Assembly: GCA_000004695.1 (NCBI GenBank)
Contig: CM000154.2
Location: 640,001 to 704,000, forward strand
DNA from: Dictyostelium discoideum
Lineage: Eukaryota
Direction: 5' to 3'
Length of the DNA stretch: 64,000 nucleotides
Shown here: one piece after another, positions 28,785 to 40,035 of the stretch
Numbering within the stretch: the stretch's first letter is position 1
Layout: every line of letters begins with the position of its first letter
Position numbers and translations under genes: made by a program
The notes under the pieces: generated by a model
The model's database searches: none
Told to the model about the DNA's origin: nothing
The model's input: the letters and a program-made list of their open reading frames with translations, nothing else

Positions 28785-29498
28785 TTGTATTTAATAATTT
28801 ATTATTTAAAAGATTTCAAATAGTTATAAAAAATAAATAAAAAAAAAATTGAAAATAAAAAATCGAAAAAAAAAAAATAAAAAAAATAAAAAAATAAAAA
28901 AATAGAAAAAAAAGAAAAAAAAAAAAAGTAATAATGAAAATCTAAATCGGGATTAAAAAAAAAAAAAAAAAAAAAGATAAATAATTAAATTGTTACAATA
29001 AAAAACTATTTTGATTAAATTTTATTTTTTTAAAATTAAATAATAATGGATAAAAAAGAAAAAGTGAAAAAAATAAAAAAAAAAAAATTATAACAAAAAA
29101 TTAATCATAAATAAGTTTTAAAAATATAATTTTTGATTAAAATAGAATGATTACATTCATTTTTTTATTTTTTTTTATTTTACCATTTTGTGTATTTTTT
29201 ATACTAAATTGATATCAAAAATAAAAAAAAAAAAAATTAAATCATTGCAAAAAATAAAAAAAAATGGAAAATTGTTGAAAATTTTTTTTTTTTTTTTTTT
29301 TTTGATTTAAAAATTGAATGTTTTTATCAATATTGCACGTGTGGTCAATCAATTTTACATTTGTTTTTTAATAAAAAAAAAAAAATCAGTTTTCATTTTC
29401 TAAAATTAAATTTAATTAAAAAAAAAAAAAAAAAGAAAAAAAGAATTAACCACTAAATTATTTATATATATTTATTAAAAAAAAAAAAAAAAAAAAAG

Positions 29499-29646
29499 AT
29501 GGAAGATGAAAAAAATGAAAATTTAATGACTTTCATTCAATTTTGTGCAACATTTATAACCATAACTTTATTTATTATGCCATTGTAAGAAAATGAAATT
29601 ATTTTTTTTTTTAAAAAAAAAAACATTCAAAAATTATTAACATTCA

Positions 29647-29687
<41 letters not shown>

Positions 29688-30273
29688 TTATGTTAGGAAA
29701 ACAATTAGATTAATTATAGAAAAAAAAAATGTTGGAACTGTTGCAGGTTTACAATTTATATCATCAGTATTGAATTGCTTTTTATGGATATCATATGCAT
29801 TGTTAACGAGTAATACAACAATGTTATTTGTAAATTCAATTGGAATGATGTTTTCAATTTATTATGTTTTTAATTATTGGAAAAATATAAACCAAGTTAG
29901 AGCATCCAGAGATTATTTAAAGAAAGTTATGATAGCTTGTGTTTTAGCTATAACGATAATATCAATTTCATATTATAATACAGTGGATGATTTAGATACT
30001 AGAATTTCAAGATTGGGATTTCTATCGAGTGTAGTATGTGTATTAATGTTTGCATCACCATTAGAGAAAATGGCGATTGTAATTCAATCTAAAAATAGTG
30101 AAGGAATGATTATCAACGTTGCAATATTATCATTACTATGTGGTCTATCTTGGACAATCTTTGGTTTACTTTTAAATGATATTTATATTTATTTACCAAA
30201 TATATTAGCTTCAATTTTATCATTTGTTCAATTAACTTTAATTAAATTATATCCACCACAAATATTATTATAA
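29499..30273 (+). CDS. SWEET (MtN3/saliva) sugar transporter; 2 exons: join(29499..29584,29697..30273)
   Basis: The N-terminus MEDEKNENLMTFIQFCATFITITLFIMP is followed by a GTAAGA donor, and a tgttag acceptor leads to KTIRLIIEKKNVGTVAGLQFISSVLNCFLW... There are seven predicted TM helices typical of MtN3/PQ-loop. The intron carries (ATT)n. Confidence 0.8.
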
Positions 30274-30634
30274 AAAATAAAATAAAATAAATAAATAAAC
30301 AAAACATATGTATTATAAAAAATTTATTTATCATCTTTATTTTTGTTAATTTCATCAGATGATTCTTTTTTTTTGACTGTTTTTTCAAACCCAAATAAAA
30401 TAAGAGTGTTTAGTGATTAGTTATGCTCCACCCTCCATTTTGGATCATCGGTCTAGGCAAAACTGTTTTATATTCCACTGCACAGATGTAATTATTTAAT
30501 ATTCTTGAAAAGTTAAAATGTTGGTGATTATTCAAAGATCATTATTTTTCTGCAATTGGCGCCTTTTTTTTTATTTTTTTATAATTTTTTTTTTAATTTT
30601 TTTTTTTTAATTTTTTACAATAACAACTTTACAG

Positions 30635-31351
30635 GATGAAGATTTAAATACTCTTATATTGCTCGACGATTTTGGAGGTGGTGGTGATGGTCAAGCATTT
30701 TCTGCTTTAACAATTAATACCAATAATTTGGTTGTCGTCAAATTTTATAAAAACAATGATTCAAGTGAAAAAGTCTTGATTGATTCAATTAATAAAGAAA
30801 GTGAATGTTTGAATAAAGTTTATGGTCTGTATACTTTGGTCACAAAAATGGCATCAATTGATTGTTTGATTATGCCTCACTTCAAAATTGCTGATGAATC
30901 AGACTGGAGTAGCAAAAAATTTGAAGATAAAGTTTCAAAAGCCTGCATCAAGTTTGCCAATCGTGGTTATTTCCACAATGATTTAGACCGCTGCCATGTA
31001 GCAAAAATGAAATATAAAAATACTACTGAAGTTGTTTTTATTGATCTTTATAGAGTCGAAAAAATAAAAGATAATCAAAAAAAAGAAAAAGCTGATGCAA
31101 TGTTTAATACTTTATATGGAAACTCAACACCACTCGTTCACTATTCCTCATCTTCATCCCCTTCTTCATCCTCTTCTTCATCCTCTTCAAAAAGACCACC
31201 AAAAATTAAAGTACAAAAGAAAAGAAATACGCAATATTTTAAAAAAACAGCCTCTTCTAAAATCCCTCCAAAATTTAGAACCAAACTATTAACATTTCAT
31301 ACCCCTGAAAAGGATCCATCTTTTAAAAAAACTCTTGTAAATAAAAAATAG
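30635..31351 (+). CDS. divergent protein-kinase-like domain protein; 3' exon only, with the upstream exon(s) not located
   Basis: A ttttacag acceptor at 30634 is followed by LILLDDFGGGGDGQAFSALTINTNNLVVVKFYKNN (G-loop/VAIK-like), then FANRGYFHNDLDRCHV (HRD-like) and VFIDLYR (DFG-like). The C-terminus is Ser/Lys-rich. No clean first exon was found in 30380-30600. Confidence 0.4.
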   Translation, partial: DEDLNTLILLDDFGGGGDGQAFSALTINTNNLVVVKFYKNNDSSEKVLIDSINKESECLNKVYGLYTLVTKMASIDCLIMPHFKIADESDWSSKKFEDKVSKACIKFANRGYFHNDLDRCHVAKMKYKNTTEVVFIDLYRVEKIKDNQKKEKADAMFNTLYGNSTPLVHYSSSSSPSSSSSSSSSKRPPKIKVQKKRNTQYFKKTASSKIPPKFRTKLLTFHTPEKDPSFKKTLVNKK

Positions 31352-31430
31352 TATAGTTTAAATAAAATTTTATTTGTGTGATTAATTTTTAGTATACTTC
31401 AAGAAAATTTTTTTTTTTTTTACAATGAAA

Positions 31431-31458
31431 AGCGTCCTTGGTTAAGTGGTTACACTTT
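31431..31458 (+). other. tRNA-like 5' fragment (GCGTCCTTGGTTAAGTGGTTACAC) with no anticodon or T arm; probably a relic
   Basis: An acceptor-stem-like 7-mer plus a D-loop-like AGTGGTTA are seen. There is no GGTTCGAATCC anywhere downstream, so it is not a functional tRNA gene. Confidence 0.2.
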
Positions 31459-31691
31459 ATTAATAATAAAGTTTTTTAAATCATTAAAATTATATTTAGA
31501 TCAATGAAAATAATTAAACATAATTAAACATAGTTAAACATAAATAGATAATATTATAAATAGTTTACAACAATACATTCTTTATTATAAATAATATCAA
31601 CAATAATACCATTTTTAAATGATTCCTAGCAATGTTACAAAAACTTCCCTATTTACTTGAACCAGAGACAGGGGGAGGATTTAATTTAAAA

Positions 31692-31964
31692 TTATTTTCT
31701 TTGAGCTAAATAATATTGAAGTTGATAATCAATTTTTACATTTAATTCATTTGCAAATTGATAAACTGAAAATGGATTTCTTAGGAATTGTCTTCCAACC
31801 ATCACAATATCAGCCTTACCATCTTGTAAGATTGATTCAATTTCATTTCCAGATGTAATTAAACCAACTGTTGAAACTTTTATTTGACTTTTAGTTCTTG
31901 GACTACCACTATCAGTGCTACTAGCACTATCAGTACTACTACCACAACTATCAGTACTACTACC

Positions 31965-31996
<32 letters not shown>

Positions 31997-33096
31997 TATT
32001 ACCACTTGTACGAAGTGGTGTATTAATTATATTTTTAATTGAATTTGCAAATGGAGTTTGATACATTGGTGAAAGATTAATTTTTTGATTACTTGAATTA
32101 CCACCACTTGAACAATCGATTAAATCAATTGTACCTAATTGATTTAAAATTTCAACCAAGTGAATTGTATCCTCCATATTCCAACCATCATTTGTCCATT
32201 CTTCACATGAAAGACGTACACCCAATGCTTTATTTCTTGGCCAAACTGAACGAACTGATTCAATGATTTCCAATAAGATTCTAATACGATTTATAAAACT
32301 ACCACCATATTCATCAGTACGTTTATTTGATGTTGGCGAAAGGAATTGATTAATTAAATAACCATGTGCTGCATGAATTTCAATGAAATCAAATCCACAT
32401 TTAAGTGAACGAATAGCTCCATCTTTAAATGCTTGAATGGTACATTGAATATCTTTAATACTCATTTCAATTGGTATTGACATATTATCACTATATCTAA
32501 TCGGTGATGGACCTACAACTTCCCAACCATTACCAGATGGATCATTCTTTTCAATTGATTTTCTAGATCCTTCTAAAAATGGTGGTTGAGTTGATGCTTT
32601 TCTACCTGCATGTGATAATTGTATACCAACACACTTTTTTTTTTTTTTTTTTTTTTAATAAATTAATAAATTATATGTATTTAGAAAAAAAATAATTAAA
32701 TTATTGATATTATTCACTTACAGTATCATAAGAATGAATTGAATTTATAATTTTTTTCATTGCTGGTATATGACAATCATCCCAAATTCCAGCATCAGCA
32801 TAGGAGATTCTACCTTCTTGTTGGACTGCTGTTGATTCAAAAATGATTAAAGCTGCACCGCCTTTGGCAAAACTACTATAGTGAATTAAATGCCAATCAT
32901 TCATTAAACCACTATTATTTTTACAAGAATATTGGCACATTGGAGAAACAACAATTCTGTTTTTCAATACCATATTATTAATTTCTAATGGTGTAAAAGT
33001 TTTTGGTACTACCTCATCAATAGTTGATAAATTGCTTGGAATTCCAGAACCTTTATAATTATTTGGATATTTATATGGATATGTAAATTCTTGCAT
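31692..33096 (-). CDS. Old Yellow Enzyme family NADH:flavin oxidoreductase (12-oxophytodienoate reductase-like); 2 exons: complement(join(31692..32633,32722..33096))
   Basis: Exon 1 reads LKNRIVVSPMCQYS...WHLIHYSSFAKGGAALIIFESTAV..GRIS. Exon 2 reads CVGIQLSHAGRKAS...FDFIEIHAAHGYLINQFLSPTSNKRTDEYGGS...ADIVMVGRQFLRNP. A GTAAGT donor at 32721 and an aaaaag acceptor at 32634 join in phase 0. Confidence 0.85.
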
Positions 33097-33889
33097 TATT
33101 TTTATTTATTTATTTATTTATCTATTTATTTATTTATTTATTTGATTTTTGTTTACTTTTGCAAAAGTGATGGTTTTTTTTTTTTTTTTTATTTTATTTT
33201 ATACTGGACATTTTTTTAAAATATAAAATTTATTGTATGTAGATTAAACCACCCATTTTAAGTAATTATTTGACTTGTTAGATCATTTTTGAATAAAGTT
33301 TGAAATTAAAGTTATTTTTAATACTTTAATACTTTCCAAATTATAAAAAAAAAAATAAAAAAATAAAAAAAAAAATAAAAAAAAAAAAAAAATTTCAACC
33401 AACAATACCCGTCTCCAATTAATTTTCGAAAAATTCTGAACTTACACCAATATTGTAATCCAAATACCTCATCAAGACAATCCGATTTTTGATGAATTTT
33501 CAATTTTCCTACTTTTATGAATTTAAAAATAAAATTATCATCATCATCACAAAAAGCCTTTATTTAAAAAAAAAAAAAAAAAAAAAAAAATGCAGTTCGC
33601 TAAAATAAAAAGACATCAAAAAAAAAAAAAAAAAAAATTTATATATTTTTAAAAATAAATATATATATATAATTTTTATATATTAAAAAATTTCAAACTA
33701 ATATATTTTTTTTTTTAAAAAACATTGATGGTTGGTTGTTATTAAAATGATAATGCATATAAAAATTTCAAAATTTAGTTTGTTTTCTTAAAAATTTTCA
33801 TTTTTGTTTGCGAAAAAATTGATATTTTTTTTTTTTCGAAAAGACCCATAAAAAACAAAAAATGTTAATCAATTGCCCTTAAATTATAA

Positions 33890-34804
33890 ATTTTAAACAT
33901 ATGTTGTTGGGAATTATTAGGACATCAGGTTTAAAACCTATTCAGACACCAGAATACAATTTGAATTGAGCGGGCAACGTTCCTTTCACTCTGCACTACA
34001 TCAGCATTACTAGAGAGAAAGGTTGAAAAACCTCTATCGAAGGTGGTGGAACTGCTGAGAAGTAACAGCAATAAATAAAACATTCAAACCGATAGATGAG
34101 AGGTTCAAAATCCATCCAGTTAGTAGGGACTAAAAAACTACAAAACATAAACCCGATCCGATACCTAAGACTCCTTTTTTTTTTTTTTTTTTTTTTTTTA
34201 ATAAATCAAATAAGGTGAGATACAACACAGCAATACCCAAAGTATTCATAAACATCAACAGCATTTCTCACCAAAAAGGTAGAAACACCCTCTTCAGATT
34301 CTTCTCAAGATCACTTCCAGGTATCAACCACGAAAGAGACACCAGATGCAAGATCTGTGGCCACCTATTCAGAGACCCTTATTCTCACCTCTTCACTCTA
34401 TGCCAAGATATCCTAGATATTGAAAAAACCATCATATCAACAGTTAACAAACTATCATTCATCAAAATCCACAGATGGTCAATGGAAACCTTAGACATAT
34501 CAAAATACAACAGAACTGAGAGAATCTTCCCCAATCTCATAGGAATAATAGCACACCAATTATGGAAGATAATCTGTCACAAATTGTTCAACACTGATGA
34601 AAGCAAACCAGAGCCAAAATTCGAACAAAAGGTCATAGAAACAGAATTACTAAATCTCATCGAAACTGAAAAATTCATCACACTAAAGAAAATCAAACAC
34701 GACGAAGCAATACTAAAAAACACCAATCAAGATCTTCACAAATACAAATTCAACAAAGCCTGGCAAACCCCAGCAGCTCCGAACCCTCTTCCAATTTAAG
34801 TAGT

Positions 34805-34861
<57 letters not shown>

Positions 34862-35045
34862 ATATAATATAGTTTAAAAAATTTAATACAATTGAATAAT
34901 AAAAATAAAACCGTTTAACAAACACCGCCGAAAAGACACAAGGACATTCCTTGAAGGTCTGATCACAGGTAAAAAAAAAAAAAAAAAAAAATCAAATAAT
35001 CACATGACCTTGGAGTCTTGGTCTGCCCACGAATTTAAGTGTAAA
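33890..35045 (+). mobile_element. 5'-truncated non-LTR retrotransposon 3' fragment, tRNA-gene-targeting TRE type: ORF2 C-terminal Cys motif, poly(A), 3' module
   Basis: ORF 34215-34799 contains CKICGHLFRDPYSHLFTLC, a C-x2-C-x10-H-x4-C ORF2 tail motif. It is followed by (A)50 at 34808-34858, then about 100 bp, then (A)22, then the terminal motif tcttggtctgcccacgaatt. Base composition is distinctly non-host (higher GC). The upstream 33890-34214 is coding-like but frame-shifted. Confidence 0.55.
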
Positions 35046-35099
35046 GTTTATTTTATTTAAACTGGGTGCCTGCAAACATTATCTCATCGACCGATTTAT

Positions 35100-35255
<156 letters not shown>

Positions 35256-35523
35256 TTGAAAATTCAAATTAAAAAAAAGAAATAGCTTTACATTTTAAAA
35301 TTAAAATTCATAAATAAAACCATTATAAAAATATTGAAGTATATCAATAGGTTTAATTTAATTATTGTTTATTTTATAATAAAAAAAAAAAAAAAAATGA
35401 AAATTAATAAATAAAAATAATTAAAATTCTATATTAAAAATAAATATAAAAAAAATAAAAATAAAAAAGATTGTTTTTTAATTACCATTTCTTTTATAAA
35501 AAAATAAATAAAAAAATAATACC

Positions 35524-35762
35524 ATAATAAAGATAATGTTTGCATCACCATTAGAGAAAATGGCAATTGTAATTCAATCTAAAAATAGTGATGGAATGAT
35601 TATCATTTTACTTTTAAATGATATTTATATTTATTTACCAATCCTTCAATTTTATCATTTGTTCAATTAACTTTAATTAAATTATATCCACCACAAATAT
35701 TATTATAAAATAAATAAATAAATAAATAAATAAATAAACAAAACATATGTATTTTAAAAAAT
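35524..35762 (+). pseudogene. 5'-truncated duplicate of the last exon of the SWEET transporter gene (copy of 30047-30273) with a 54-bp internal deletion
   Basis: The match to 30047-30370 is near-identical except for a deletion of caacgttgcaatattatcattactatgtggtctatcttggacaatctttggttt and a few substitutions. There is no upstream exon and no start codon. Confidence 0.65.
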
Positions 35763-36881
35763 TTATTTGTCATCTTTATTTTTGTTAATTTCATCAGATG
35801 ATTCTTTATTTTGATCTTGTTGTTGTTGTTGTTGTTGCTGTTTTTCAAAATGGAAATTACCATGATAATCTAATCTTTTAATTACAAAATCATCAGTTTT
35901 TGGGAATGGTTCATTAATTGAATCATCATTTGATTGTTGTGGTTCAATTCCTTGTTGTTGTTGTTGTTGTGATAATGTAACACTATTATTTTCATTTGTT
36001 AAAATTGAAGGTATTGAAGAATCATTATCAAATTTATAACCAAATGAACTTGTACCAGAAATTTCACTAAAATGTTTTTTTGCAGAACCACGTTGTAATG
36101 GTTTTTGTTGTGATTCATGTGGTGCCCAACCGATTAAATAAATGATTTGAAAAGTTGCAGGAATTGAATTATTATCTTCATTACCATATAAATGTTTATA
36201 GATTGCAGATGCAGCTAAGAATGTATCTTTACTTGTATAGTTTCTTCTTTTTAAGATTGCATTATTTTCACCCATATTTTGTAAATCTCTCATTAATACA
36301 AACATATTATCATAATTTATTGTAATCTTTTCAGTGTCCACTGTTGGTAATGTGTATCTATTCTTTGATAAAATGTTACCAATATCACTAATCTTTGTAA
36401 ATGGTGATACATGTGGACTAAATCCACCCTCTCTTTCAATCTCTGCTAAATATAATGAATCTTTTAATTCCATCAATGTATCCTCACCAAATAACGATGC
36501 CAAAAACACACCATTTGGTTTTAATAATCTCTTTAATCCTCCAAAAACTCCTGGTAAATCATTTACCCAATGTAATGATAAATTACTTATAATTAAATCT
36601 AAACTTTGATCTTCAATACCTTCAATTTTATCTTCTAAACTATTAACTAATATTTTTGTAGGTTTAACTTTATTATTATTATTATCATCTTCATTCTCTT
36701 GAGAGACATTATTATCATCTCTATATAATAATTCTTTTGATGATTCAACCATATAATATTTATCAATTTTTGCACCTTTTTCTTGTATATATTTAAATAA
36801 TGCTCCATTTCTACTACCAAAATCTAAAACATTACCACATTTTATATCTTTAATATCCTTTTTTAATAAATTAATTAGAAA

Positions 36882-36917
<36 letters not shown>

Positions 36918-37136
36918 TACTAAAATTCTATCAGCTAATCTATCAGCAACTTCATTCATTAAATAATCATAATGTTTTGGGTCATCAACATTTGTAACTG
37001 TATTATTTTTTTGAATAGTTTTTACATTTGTATCAAAAATTGTCATTTTCGTATAATTTGAATATTGTCTTGTTTGATTCCAATCTTTGGAAAAACATTT
37101 TAAATTAAATCCTTTTCTAAATGTTGTTCTTAACAT
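35763..37136 (-). CDS. ndufaf5: NDUFAF5 (mitochondrial complex I assembly factor 5, SAM-dependent methyltransferase/hydroxylase); 2 exons: complement(join(35763..36857,36921..37136))
   Basis: It aligns to human NDUFAF5 along the domain. [71 protein letters not shown] matches [78 protein letters not shown] matches ATYQIYYMIGWKYHESQ. A GTATGT donor at 36920 and an aaaaag acceptor at 36858 flank an intron that is almost pure poly(A)31. The N-terminus looks like a mitochondrial presequence. Confidence 0.85.
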
Positions 37137-37561
37137 TTATTTATTATTTTTATTATTATTGTTTTCGTTTTTTTAATTTTTTTAAAAAGGAAGGGGACAA
37201 TAGAAAAATAAAAAAAAAATGGTGAAAATATGAAAAATAAAAAAAATAAAAATTTTTTATATTACCACAAATGTTCAGTTTTTTTTTTTTTTTTTGGAAT
37301 GAAACCAAAACCAGTGATTAATTAAATAAAATTTTTATTAAACAAATATATATGTATATATATATTGAATATTTTTTCATGCCAATAAATCGGATTTATT
37401 TGGGTTGGAGGTTTTGTTTTTTAACTAATAACCCTGATTTTTTTTCAAAGTTTCTTGGTTTAATATCTTCAAGTATATGAAATTCTTTTTCCTCCTATTC
37501 ACAATATTTGTGTGTACCATATGGACTTTTTGGTGTAATAGAATTGGTTACTGAAGTTCAA

Positions 37562-37594
<33 letters not shown>

Positions 37595-37715
37595 TGAAAA
37601 TTAATAAATAAAAATAAAAATAAAAAGATTGTTTTTTTTTTTTTTTTTTTTATTATATTTTTTTTTTACCAATTCTTTTAAAAAAATAAATAAAAAAATA
37701 AAACTATTATAGATA

Positions 37716-38400
37716 ATGTATAAATTCTACTCAAAAATTTTACAAAACACAATTAAAAATAGTCATTTATTATTTTCTACAATAAGTTATTGCACTCGTT
37801 TTAGCACATCTCATGAATGGGTTAAAATGTTAAATAAAGGAAATATTGCAACTATTGGATTCTCAAGTTTTTCATCTGGATTTGTATTATTTTTTTTTTC
37901 AAGTTTAGAAATTTTTTTTTTTTTTTTTTTTTTAACTAATTTTATTTGTTTAAAAAAAAAAAGATAGGTAAATTTAATAATATAAAATTACCAACTGTTA
38001 ATTCTTATTGCAAATTAAATGAACCAATTGGATTAGTTGGATCACCAGATTCAACTAAAGAAGTGCTCCAATCTCTGGTAAATGTATTGAAGTAAATAAT
38101 GAATACTCAAAGAACCTAATTTAATTATTGAAAGTCCAGAAAGAAAGGGTATGTAATAAAAAAAGATAAAATTCATAAAAATAATAAATAATTTTTTACA
38201 AAGAGTTACTAAAATTATTTTTTTATATTTTTAAAAAGGATGGTTGGTAAAAATTGAAGTTGATAATCATGAAGATTTTGAAAATTTAATGACTAGAGAA
38301 GAGTATCAAAACTTTTTAAACAATAAAGTTGGTGGTGATATTAAGGATAGTGGTGAAAATATTGACAGTGGAATCCCAGGAACATTAATCTTAGGTTAAT
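37716..38400 (+). pseudogene. degenerate paralogue of glycine cleavage system H protein, lying immediately upstream of the intact gcvH
   Basis: It retains HEWV, a degraded GITDFAQ (IATIGFSSFSS), a middle region with an in-frame TAA and frameshift, and a well-conserved C-terminal exon DGWLVKIEVDNHEDFENLMTREEYQNFL (intact copy: DGWIVEYKSSKTDQFQSLMNKAQYDEYI). The lipoyl-lysine context ESVKAASD is lost. Confidence 0.45.
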
Positions 38401-38625
38401 AAAAAAAAAAAATTTGTAAACAATTCCACAAAAAAAAAAATTTGTAAACAATTCCACAAAAAAAAAAATCTAAAAAAAAAAAATCTTAAAAAAAAAAAAA
38501 ATTTCTTTAAAATAAAAAGAATCTCAAAAAAAAAGTAGTAAAAAAAACATTTTAAAAAAAAAAAATGTCTCACAAAAAAACATTTTCAAAAAAAAAAAAA
38601 AAGTTTGTTCACGTTTTCAAATTCA

Positions 38626-38657
<32 letters not shown>

Positions 38658-38741
38658 GTTTTTTTTTTTTTTTTTTTTTTATTTTTATTTTTATTTTTAT
38701 TTTTATTTTTTAACCTCTTATAGATATATACTTTTAAAAAA

Positions 38742-39195
38742 ATGTTAAAAACCTTAAGATTTGGAACAAGAGCATTCGGCCAAAATTTAAATATTGCCAA
38801 AAGAAACTTTTGTACTAGATACACAAACGATCATGAATGGGTCACTTCTCTTGGTTCTCAAAATTATAGATTGGGTATTACCGATTTTGCCCAAAAACAA
38901 GTAAGTATATTTCAAATATTTTCATAAATTTTTTTTTTTTTTTTTTTTAAGTTATTATAACACATTAATTAACCATTAAAAAAAAAAAAAAAAAAAATAG
39001 TTAGGTGATATTGTCTTTGTTGAAATACCACAAATTGGAGCAACATTATCTCAAGGTCAACCAATAACAGTAGTTGAATCAGTTAAAGCAGCTAGCGATA
39101 TCTATATTCCAATGGATGGTTCAATTACTACTGTAAACCAAGAATTAGAAAGTTCACCAGAGTTAGTAAATGAAGAACCAATGGGCGATGGTAAG

Positions 39196-39226
<31 letters not shown>

Positions 39227-39264
39227 TTATTTAGTTAAAATAATTTATATTAATTACAATTACA

Positions 39265-39357
<93 letters not shown>

Positions 39358-39484
39358 TTTTTTTTTTTTTTTTTTTTTTCAAACACAAAAAGGTTGGATT
39401 GTTGAGTATAAATCAAGCAAAACTGATCAATTCCAAAGTTTAATGAATAAAGCCCAATATGATGAATATATTAAAGAACATTAG
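38742..39484 (+). CDS. gcvH: glycine cleavage system H protein (lipoyl carrier); 3 exons: join(38742..38900,39001..39190,39393..39484)
   Basis: An N-terminal mitochondrial presequence leads to HEWV...GITDFAQKQ, then GTAAGT. Exon 2 reads LGDIVFVEIPQIGATLSQGQPITVVESVKAASDIYIPMDGSITTVNQELESSPELVNEEPMGD (lipoyl-Lys in ESVKAASD). Then G|GTAAGT, and exon 3 reads GWIVEYKSSKTDQFQSLMNKAQYDEYIKEH*. Intron 2 holds (ATT)n. Confidence 0.85.
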
Positions 39485-39686
39485 AAACATTGTTTTTTCC
39501 ACTAATTTTTAATTTAGGATAATGACCTAAAAAAAAAAAAAAAAAAGATCAAAAATAATATGATCAAAAATAAAAATAGAAAAAAGATATTTGTTAACAT
39601 ATTATATTTTAAATAGAAAAATCAAAAATGAATTGTTTTTGTTATTTTTTTATTTTTTTTTTATTTTTTTTATTTTATTATTATAT

Positions 39687-40002
39687 TTATTCATTGCTAA
39701 CAAAATGATTTTGATGGTAATCATCATCTTCTCCAAAAACACTGATTCTTTTAATTTCATTTACAATGTCTGGATATTCATTAAATCTTAATAAAATTCC
39801 TTTCAAATCTTCAATTTTTGGTGGAAATCCTAATCTATTCATTTCATTTGCAATTTTTAAACAAGTTTTAGCATAACCAACTTTTGCTGTTCCAAACATT
39901 AAAGTTCTGAAAAAAAAAAAAAAAAAAAAAAGAATAAAAAAAAAAGTATTAATATTTTATATTTATTTTATATTTATTATTATTATTGAAAGAACTATTT
40001 TA

Positions 40003-40035
<33 letters not shown>

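Noticed and set aside
33318-33503. 61-aa ORF with a poly-Phe tail upstream of the OYE gene
   Set aside because: It is a poly(A/T) spacer translation with no coding-like composition.
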